Of a DNA stretch of 20,000 nucleotides, positions 11,295 to 20,000 are shown piece by piece (the stretch's first letter is position 1; every line of letters starts with the position of its first letter). The translations under genes were made by a program, and so were the position numbers. The notes below the pieces were generated by a model. That model was not told where the DNA came from. It ran no database searches and saw nothing but the letters and a program-made list of their open reading frames with translations. Source of the DNA: Perkinsus olseni (Eukaryota); NCBI GenBank assembly GCA_013115125.1, contig JABANN010000067.1, forward strand, positions 61,989 through 81,988, given 5' to 3'.

Positions 11295-11482
11295 AGAAGT
11301 GGTGATGACGGTGGCTGTTGCACGAAGATTAATAAGGATGATGATTAACATTACGACTTACAAGAACGACTCGCTACATACGTACGCAAATCAACGTTTT
11401 TCCAGTTTTTCAGCGTCTCGAAGGGTCCCTGTTGCTCTTGTCAATTCGTTCTTGAGAGCGGGCAGTGGGACTCTTTCGCCGT

Positions 11483-12538
11483 ATGACAGCTCCGGCAGAG
11501 GCGCGTTCTGATGGTGACGACCAGGGTGTCCCGCTGAGGAGGACCACAACATTCGCCAAAGACGTGGTCGACAGAAGCAAGGAAACATCATATCTTCGAA
11601 ACAGAGATTGCGAGGCAGACAATAGCTTTCAGCTGGGCTCGGAAGCGCTCTTCCTTCAGGGCGAGCTCGTAGTGGTCGGCCAGATCTCCCATGGATTCAA
11701 CTTCGAACCGTACAAATCGTCTATAGGCCTTCGGGTCGAACTTTCGGTTGTTTTTCCCGGCACTGAAGCCGGAAACGAAGACTCTGGTGCATTGCACGGC
11801 TACTTCCACTTGGAGTGTTTCCCATTTAGGTGAGCAGTGGCTTGGCAAGTGCCGGAAGTTGGGTTGGATGCCTATCAGTACCCAGACGATGAGATCGGAA
11901 AAAACCCAAACGTGTTACCCTGATGTATAACAGAGCTGCGGACTTGAAGCCTCGGGGGACCAGCTTCCTGTAGGACAGCCGTCACCTGATCGGCACATCG
12001 GTGTATGTGTGGAACCACCCGCTGGATATCTACCTGGCCTTCAACTCTATTGGCTCATGGCCGATGCTGAAGCTCCTGATTCACGCCGTCGATGACACGG
12101 GTGACCCCGAGAGAAAGAGCCAAGCACGGGTGTCGCTCCGTGAGGACAGGCATGTCACTCTTGCGGGAACGATCGGTCTCAGTGTCGTACGGTTTGTTAC
12201 CGCTTCCAACGAAGCCTGGTCAGCATCGTCTCCACTGTCCTACAATGAGAGTCATCGGAAGTAGTCGCTTCAGCCGGCTGACGGATGCACTACGTGAGAG
12301 CCGACGTCAGGATCGAGAGGATCGAGTGTATCGTGGCAGGTGCCTACATGGGACTACCTACGCCCACCACTGTGCCAAGCAGTCTACTGGCAAATGATCG
12401 ATCTTCCTTCGTATCCGTCGCAAGTGGCACGATAGTGAGTCGCTTTTTTTTCAACTTTCCTTGTCTAACCAGTATAAGTAGGTCGTCGACTGTGAGGTTA
12501 TGGTCAGACGAGCTGCTAAACTGCGATTGCTGCTATGA
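11483..12538 (+). CDS. B9 domain-containing protein (B9D2-like, MKS ciliary transition-zone module)
   Basis: Proposed exons 11483-11786, 11830-11924, 11974-12100, 12150-12293, 12340-12434, 12482-12538. Extra in-frame introns in the first two exons are possible. Translation contains GELVVVGQI, KTQTCYP, VWNHPLDIYLAFNSIGSWPMLKL, SYGLLPLPTKPGQHRLHCPT and DRSSFVSVASGTIVVDCEVMVRR. These are collinear with B9D2 motifs recalled from memory (EVHVIGQI, QTQV, WSHPIDLHF..GWP, YGF..VP..PG.H.L.CPTW, GTV). Confidence 0.82.
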
Positions 12539-13028
12539 TCTCAATCAGCATGGAGCTGGATATAGTGACATGAACTTCTGTCTCTGTTGTGAGTGCTTTA
12601 GTTTTGGGGAAAGTTGGCGGCCACCTTGCCATATCCTCGAGAATTCATCATCTTCGACAGTCACCCTCTGTGGCCATCGGTTAGAGCGGTTCTTGCGCTG
12701 ACCGTATTTTTGGCATCATTGAAACCTTCATAGGAGTGAGGCGCAACCATTCTTGAAATTGGGAATCTCCATTGGAGATGTTGCATCTAGATTCTGCTGC
12801 TATACTCGTATTCTGCGTCCCCAATGAATAAGTTCCGAGAGAGATGCACAACGTGACGAACTCGGGCCCTGCCGGCAAGTTACAGACCAGCGAGAGATCT
12901 GACGCGGGACGCTGGCACGTGATGCTTGTTGGTGACCATCGACCCTCGAGTACGTACACGTAGTCCCAGACTCAATCACTTCCGTGATGGCTCAGCATGT
13001 GCGTGGGTGACTTGTGCATTGGCATGGT

Positions 13029-13827
13029 ATGCATTGGGTGCATGGTGGGGGACTTCTCGTGGGTTTGGTACTGTTGGAATGTGGGTTTGGTCCGAGCTCG
13101 AAAACCAAGACTGTTATAAGGAAGCTAACATTGTCCCGAAGTACCCAATCAGGACGATGCCTGGGTGGTATCTGGTGTGGCGCATGCTCCTCGATTGTTG
13201 AGTCCTTCAACATATTGTCGCAGGTGCAAGTCCATGCGATAGAGCCAAGATGCAAGATTGTGGAGGATACTCCTCTGGGCAAGGTGTACTTCAGTTTCAC
13301 TGTCACCCCGGAAGAGGGGGTTGTGCACACTGGGCTTTGGGATGTGAACAAGGACAAAGTATACGTGTTGTAAGTCTGGGACTCGGAATGTCGTAGTCCG
13401 CACACTGCGGCTTGCAGGGATCATTTGCGGCTGGATATGAATCCTACTCCCTTTCAGCGACAAGAAATACTGGGATTCTGAGATACCAGGCAAGGTTCTG
13501 GCCGTGGACGTCCAGGGTCTTCAGTTCAAGGGGGACCCGACGTACTGGAGCAAGCTACAGGAGGCTCGTTTGATGCCACTGTCTCATATTTCGCCGAAAA
13601 CCCAACAGATTCTGAGGGCGAACGCTCGTGAGAACTTGAAAACCTCCATCGGAATCGAGCAATGCCGGAACATGGTGAATGCCATCATGAATGATCTCCC
13701 GGAGGGTTATAAGCATTTTGAGAAACGCATCGAATGGTTACTGCAATTCCATAGGGATCATGCCGTGAAGCTGAAAGCGACAGTGAACGAGCTGATAAGA
13801 GGTGAGACCGTAGGAAGTTCCTTCTAA
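13029..13827 (+). CDS. Lineage-specific secreted-family protein (copy 3, divergent)
   Basis: Hydrophobic N-terminus MHWVHGGGLLVGLVLLECGFG. Contains PRCKIVE...FSFTVTPEEGVVHTG...KVYVF^DKK with a phase-2 intron at 13370-13457, the same position as in copies 1 and 2. Then LMPLSHISPKTQQILR...CRNMVNAIMNDLPEGY...EWLLQFHR. The 5' exon structure is uncertain. Confidence 0.7.
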
Positions 13828-14899
13828 AGAGGAGGCCTATTTTGTCGGCTTAACCTCGATAGAATACTCATATATCTTTTGCATCATTCAGCGTTATCTT
13901 ATATTTATCATATACTAATTGTGTGACACTCCAACAGATTTTCATACATCCCTCGATGTCCCGTGTTATTCACCATGATGTTGATGTCTTACTGTGTTAC
14001 TTCACTGTATGTCTTGAGTTAAAAGTACTCAGTTCGGTCAGGACTCGATGAGATCTCGTGATTGCTTGAGATTGTGCGAGAAACGAGCTTGCGGAGGTTT
14101 GGAACCATCGTGGTAGAGCCATAGCCCGACAACCTGTTGACGATCATCCGGACGAAATTTTCCACATAGGTTTCTTTTTTGGAACCTGTCGAGTTGCGGT
14201 ACCGGAGCAAGTCTCTTTTCCGCGGCCTACTCCCTACTCTCCCTTCGCATAGCCTGAGGAGCCAGAACTTATGTTGATGAGGAAATCAAAATTCGGTCGT
14301 ACTGAACTCAGGAAGATATACAGCCTCAAATCACCTACTGCGTCAGACTTAATCCATCCAAGCGACAGATGAAGCAGTTAGATCACGAGGGCGACTAACA
14401 CTCTAGTGAGTTGGCTCCAGGGGCCCACGGCGTGAGTCTGGCTCCGCTGAGTGCTCAGTTGGAGAGGCCGGAGTGTGGTGATTCAGCTGACAACAGAGGC
14501 AAAACAACCATAAATCTGCAGGCTGACCCTGTTAGCGAAACACCCGCAAATCGAAATTGCCTAAAGCGTGTGTAACAGAGCAATAAAAGGCCTCTTTGAA
14601 CAATCGCCGGAGCTCGCGTAATGCGGAAGATTTGCTTGAGCTAGAGAGCCCTGGGTCATGTTGCGCGGCATCACTGCTAAACATCGTCCTCCCGCCAAAT
14701 TAATTACCTCCAGAGGGCCCTAGGATTAGTTGAGATGAGTCACAGAGCTCGTTGTATGTGTTGACATATCTCGAATACCTGTGATCGCATTTTTTTTGAA
14801 AACCGTCAAACATGAAACGCTTCGCTCCACCGCGATTTCTGTTTCGCTGCATTCAGATCCCTTCACCTCACTTTTTGGGAGAGTCATTTCTTATTTAAG

Positions 14900-17649
14900 A
14901 TGGCGTCCATTAACGAAGGGACAAGTAAGTTAAATGCGCTCCCTATGTCTCTGTGCCGTCATGGGGAATGCCGACTCTTTAACGTTATCGAAGGCGCTAG
15001 TCGCCATCGGGGCCGTGGTCGGCCTGCAATCCGTTCGGAAATTGTCTACGGAAATTGTCTATGGTTAATTGAGGCGCAGCACATCGGAAGTCCTCAGTGA
15101 TATTCGACAAGGGCCGAACTCGGTGGTTGCAGAGCTTCTTCTGGAAGCGCTTATTACTTTTTGCATAGGCTAATGTGGTGTGGGCCAAGAGGCTCACCGG
15201 GTCACGCCCTTTGGCTACGTCGACATTCGCAGCGCTGGCGTAGCTCTTCTTTCTGTTAGGTGGCCTCCCAGTGGGTCAGCTCGCCGTAGATGAATACGGT
15301 AATCCCTTTGTTATTATGCAAGATCAAAACGATAAAAAGCGAGTGACTGGATTGGATGCCCAGAAGGTAACACGGTCGCCCAGGCGCTGCTGGGATTATG
15401 ATTTACTCTTCACCAGACTAACATCCTCGCTGCCAGAAGTGTTGCAGAGACCATTCGGACTAGTCTTGGCCCTAAGGGTGAGAATGCTCTCTCGCAAGTG
15501 GAGGATTATGCAGGTCTTTACCGTAGGCATGGACAAAATTATCGTTGGTCCTGATGGCGACGTCACTGTCACCAACGACGGAGCTACTATTTTGGACAAG
15601 ATGCAGGTGGAGAACCAGGTTGCCAAATTGATGGTTGAGCTTTCTAAGAGCCAGGTAGGTCACGATGATTGCGGTGAGGAAGGTTTGGGATGTTGTGCTT
15701 CAGGATGATGAGATTGGTGATGGCACCACTGGCATCGTCATCATCGCCGGCGCCTTGCTCGAGCAAGCCAACAAGTAAGGAATAGAACCGTTGCTTTCAG
15801 ACGGTGAATGATAACTTCTTATTAGGCTTCTCGAGATGGGTATCCATCCGCTCCGAATCGCAGATGGTTTCGAGAAGGCCTGCGAGGTAGCTGTCAAGCG
15901 TGTAGAGGAGATTAGCAAGGAGGTAGTAGAAGACGGGGCTTTCGTAGTGGGTGTCCCTGAGTATCCGTGCTCCAGGCCGATATCTTCAAGAATGACAACG
16001 AGGAACTTCACCACGCTGCCATGACCGCCCTCGGCTCCAAGGTAAAACTGCTGCGTGGCTTCACCAGATTGCAGTTCTTGATCGATTGTTTTGGTAGATT
16101 GTGTCCTCTCGGCAAGCCCAGATGGCCAAGATCGCTACCGACGCTGTCTTATCGGTTGCTGACTTGGAGAGGAAGGACGTCAACTTCGATCTCATCAAAG
16201 TGGAGGTGATGTGGCTCTTCCCGTGCTGCTCTCAGTGCATCTTTTCGTCATTTTTAGGGCAAGGTTGGCGGCCGATTGGAAGACACTTGTTTAGTGAATG
16301 GCATTGTCATTGATAAGGAATTCTCCCATCCCCAGATGCCGAAGGAAGTCAAAGACGCGAAAATTTGTATGAAGCCATTTTGAAGAGTTAGTGTTTATAA
16401 GCCTACCTCATCAGGCATCCTCACTTGCCCATTCGAGCCACCGAAGCCCAAGACTAAGCATAAGATCGATATCAAGTCCGCCGAGGACTACAAGAAGCTC
16501 TACAAATACGAGCAGAAGTAGTACAACTTTACGCGGGATGGCAGCAGGCATTCTTCCTTTTAGGTACTTCTCTGATATGGTGGATAAGATGCTGGATTCT
16601 GGCGCTAACTTGGCCATTTGCCAGTGGGGATTTGATGATGAGGCCAATCATCTTCTGTAATATGTTCTCTCACGTCCCGACTATTGTCATCTGAGCGGGT
16701 TCAGGTATCAGCGCGGTCTCCCTGCTATCCGATGGGTCGGAGGTGTCGAGCTCGAACTTATCGCTATCGCCACGGGCGGTCGTATTGTTCCTCGATTCTC
16801 TGAGTTGACCTCTGATAAGCTCGGTAAGTCATCCACGCTTCTTGTCTCCTACAATCAATAGCTGCTCGTTCTGTGGCAGGCCATGCTGGTACTGTGAGGG
16901 AGTTGAGTCTCGGTACGACTGATAAGGACTCGATGATTGTCATTGAGGACTGCGCTAATTCAAAGACTGTGAGATCTATCGCCGCGCAGGGCGACAAGTG
17001 TTGTTATTTCTATGGTTAGGTGACGGTGCTCGTCCGCGGCGGCAACCAGATGGCCGTTGATGAGGCTAAGAGATGCTTGCATGACGCCATGTGCTGTGTC
17101 CGTAACCTCATCCGAGACAGCAGGGTAAGCCCACCTGGAGCGGCGGTTCCTTCCACAGTTCTTCACCCTGCCAGGTCGTACCCGGCGGTGGGTGCTCGGA
17201 GATAGCTGCTAGCATTGCGGTCGCTGATGCGGCTGATAAGGAGCCCACTGTGGAGCAGTACTCCATGAGAGCCTTCGCCGATGCGTTGGAGACCATCCCC
17301 AACTGCCTCAGTGAGAACTCGGGGTTGCAGCCACTCAAGACGGTGGCTCAAGTGAGGTAGTGAAAGCAGCTGTTGTCGTCTGGGAAGTTATCAGAATCTA
17401 TTTAGGAACTTGCAAATTTCTACTGGCAAGCCTGTGTATGGTGTTGACTGCGTCGCCCAGGGAACCAACGATATGTGGAAGCAAGGCGTCTACGAGGCTA
17501 CCGCCTCCAAGGTAATATCGAAGGCTGGGGGTCCGAGTCGAGTTGGAGTGACTTCTTGTCAGGTTGAGCAGCTGAGCTTGGCTACTCAGGTCGTTAAGAT
17601 GATCCTCAAGATCGACGATGTGATGTCCCCGTATGATTATGACCAGTAG
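14900..17649 (+). CDS. CCT5: T-complex protein 1 subunit epsilon (CCT5, group II chaperonin), 17 exons
   Basis: Spliced by hand with all-GT-AG introns and consistent phases. Exons: 14900-14924, 15260-15366, 15417-15477, 15527-15654, 15704-15774, 15826-15922, 15976-16041, 16098-16205, 16258-16366, 16415-16517, 16564-16656, 16705-16823, 16880-16968, 17020-17124, 17175-17356, 17406-17511, 17563-17649. General CCT motifs: [42 protein letters not shown]. Epsilon-specific motifs: [66 protein letters not shown]. Confidence 0.97.
15036..15061. repeat. 13-bp tandem duplication in CCT5 intron 1
   Basis: cggaaattgtcta x2. Confidence 0.85.
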
Positions 17650-18020
17650 AGACCAGGTGCCGGCTGACCTCGCTGTAAGCACGTATATGTTGGGAGATTC
17701 CACAGCGAGCCGCCACCCTCGGGCTGCTAACGATTGCGTTTCTAACGTTATCCACATACCCTTCCCAATCAGTAGTGATGATAGACGAGTGTAGCTCTTC
17801 GAGCTATAGGGATAATAGTGGGTGTTGTGTTGTCAAGCTGGACTGGAAGAGGTTTGCGCTGGCTGACAGGGGGCTCTAAGTCAGAGCTCCCAGCGTCGCA
17901 GCCTCTGATACAGGGCTAGGTTCTGGGCTTGGCTCGCTCTGCGTCTGGCGGTAGTCTAGCAGGAGTTCGATCAGAGAGACAGTTCTCGCTACGTACGCAA
18001 TCGTCCCAGACTACTGGAGT

Positions 18021-19543
18021 GTGATGAGCGTGCGTGAGACGGCTATGTGTCACGGCGTGGCGGGGTCACATTCACGCGCGTTTGATTGTGGTTGGACTGC
18101 GGTACTGTTCTCATGGTCGGCCGTGGCACGGTTGTATATATTTCCTGAAGATGACCCCATTTCGAAAGCAGTCCAGGAGGCCAGAGAGGTTGAGCGACAG
18201 GACGTAGTGCGTAGAACAACTGACATATGTGCATGTGTTCTCATCCTTCAGTACTCCGGTCAGTCGGGTCTGGGAGCAACGGCCGGCCCATTATGGTTCG
18301 ATGTACGGCATTACTCCCCCTAACGGTCTGGACATGGACTCGATTCTAAGGACTGCCAACGCAAAGAACGCAGAGCTCTTGAAGCGTCCAGGGTAGCTCT
18401 AGGCAAGTGCAGTTGAACATTGAGGACTAGAATTATTCTCCCTAGTATCGGCTTGAGCTTCTTCGCTGAGACCGCATCACGTCTCCAGGATCTCATGGAC
18501 ATGAGTGACGGGCACTTGAGTGAAGAGTGCGAGAATCATGTAAGTCATTGGGGGCGAGAGGTGTAGAAACGAAATCGCACTGCGGAGTAGATCGTACAAT
18601 ATTCTCTGGGCGTCTCAGTCGCATACTGAGCATGATTCAGGTCCTGAAACCTTTGCTGGCCATCTTCACGGAGACGGAGGTGCAGAACATCGTTCAGCCA
18701 GTTGGAAAGCGGGAGAATAGTGGCCAGGTGAATTATGAAGACGATGAGAGCAAGGTACACAAGGCGTAGCGTTCAGGAATCCCATCCGACTGGTTTACTA
18801 GTAGTAAATTACTACTCTCGTTGAGGTGGTGCATCGCCTTAACCCCACCTCCCGAGGTTTGCTTCAGGTTGCGGAGTCTGTCGAGAGGTTAATGGCTTGA
18901 GGCAGTTCGGCAGCAGCGAAGAAAATGCCCGTTACCTCGAAGAAGCTACTGCTGTCTTCTACGGCCTCTGCAATCTATTTTTCGAAGTTTCTCGTTTTAC
19001 TGCTATCGTCATGCACCCCGAAGAGTAAGAGATCTTTTTGATGGTATGCCTTCATGCTGGCCGCTTCAGATATGCTAGAAAGTGCAGCGAGCCCGCCGAA
19101 GCTGCCTTGCTGAAGAGGAACAGGGACTCGTTCACTGTCAGGTCGAAAAAGGAAGGTGACGCCGGCCCTCCTTTCGCAGCTTACCTTCGTTAGGCATCCT
19201 AGCTGAACGCGGGCAATCGATCTAATCTGCCTCTTCCTGCTTTCTGCCCTCCAAGTGTTGGCTCGTGCTGTCAGGTGTCGTCCAGTATTGGCAGGACCGC
19301 GCAGTGGAGCAGTGTCAGAAGAGGAAGAATGAATCTCCTACTCCTCAACGTCCGCGTCGAAGCCATCAGGAGACTCTTCTTGGCCAGCGGCAGAATGAGA
19401 AGTCCCTGAAACAGCTCAAGCAGGAGATACTCTCGCTCCACGCGCAGCTAGAGAACATGACCACATTTCGGTCTGGGAATGATGAAAGCCAGCCATCCTC
19501 AGAAAGAAATGCTGCACAAAGTCTACGTAATTGTCGTGCCTGA
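18021..19543 (+). CDS. Multi-exon hypothetical protein with C-terminal coiled-coil-like segment
   Basis: Open GT-AG-bounded segments: FPEDDPISKAVQEARE, VLKPLLAIFTETEVQNIV (from 18641), EENARYLEEATAVFYGLCNLFFEVSRF (from 18868) and terminal KSLKQLKQEILSLHAQLENM (to TGA at 19543). Start and several junction phases were not resolved. Confidence 0.45.
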
Positions 19544-19931
19544 CGTCGTAGCCCATCGTTCCTTGCTGACGTGAGAGGCATCTCGGGGACCATCTTCTTG
19601 CTATCGGTTTCGAAGAGTGCTTCGCGAATATTCAGGATCTCGCTACGATAGATCCTCTCCGGTTCAGAAGAAACCGCGAGTTGCTGAAGAGCCAGCCGGT
19701 ACGATCTCAACGCTCCGCCATGGCGTTTTCAACTATTTTTCCATTTTCCTCAGCGATTTCTGATGAGAGCGATGCGAGTTCGACGTCGTCTTCTCTCCCG
19801 AAGGCGCAAGTGCCCAGAAATTGGAGAGTTAGATGACGCCCACATTGAAGACGATTTACCTGAGCCTTTTTATTCCTTTTCTTCCAAATTTGCTCGGTTT
19901 TGTTGAAGTGAAACTTTATCATCATGATCAT
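19366..19931 (-). pseudogene. Possible minus-strand gene or pseudogene; two ORFs joined by a 1-nt frameshift
   Basis: ORF 19931-19707 (...EIAEENGKIVENAMAE) and ORF 19710-19366 (LRSYRLALQQLAVSSEPERIYRSEILNIREALFE) join into a plausible helical protein if one base is restored near 19712. No homology recognised. Confidence 0.3.
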
Positions 19932-20000
19932 CGATCATCATATCATCGAGTGGTATGGCGCACTGAGAGATACCGTAATGAAGAGAACATCTTTCCGCCG

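Noticed and set aside
12540..12959. Minus-strand ORF 12681-12959 and neighbouring open frame
   Set aside because: No motif, start context or splice support.
14019..14700. Short minus-strand ORFs upstream of CCT5
   Set aside because: No recognisable homology and no consistent exon chain could be built.
15396..17757. Multiple minus-strand ORFs across CCT5
   Set aside because: Antisense shadows of conserved coding exons.
17913..17975. SRP RNA- or tRNA-like words (gttctgggct, agcagg, gagttcgatc)
   Set aside because: No SRP helix-8 GNRA motif and no cloverleaf; A/B-box spacing is too short.

Overview
Gene-dense, intron-rich eukaryotic nuclear DNA with many short (~40-60 nt) GT-AG introns. This architecture plus a lineage-specific secreted-protein family suggests a Perkinsus-like alveolate (inference, no database check). 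Nearly all supported genes are on the + strand. In order: (1) the 3' part of a large hypothetical gene with low-complexity Pro/Arg/Ser-rich exons (<1-3194); (2) two tandem copies of a putative secreted-protein family (3525-4361, frameshifted pseudogene; ~4392-5270, damaged 5' end), with a third, more divergent copy at 13029-13827; (3) a long multi-exon gene (~5999-11294) whose N-terminus and C-terminal zinc finger fit TFIIIC subunit 4 (GTF3C4/tau60); (4) a B9D2-like ciliary transition-zone gene (11483-12538); (5) a complete 17-exon CCT5 (TCP-1 epsilon) gene with an unusually long first intron (14900-17649); (6) a hypothetical + strand gene that ends tail-to-tail with a frameshifted - strand ORF. 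I found no rRNA, tRNA, CRISPR or clear mobile element, and I cannot support a claim of a wholly new biological system. The best leads are the candidate divergent TFIIIC subunit, the birth-and-death secreted family and the long structured CCT5 intron.
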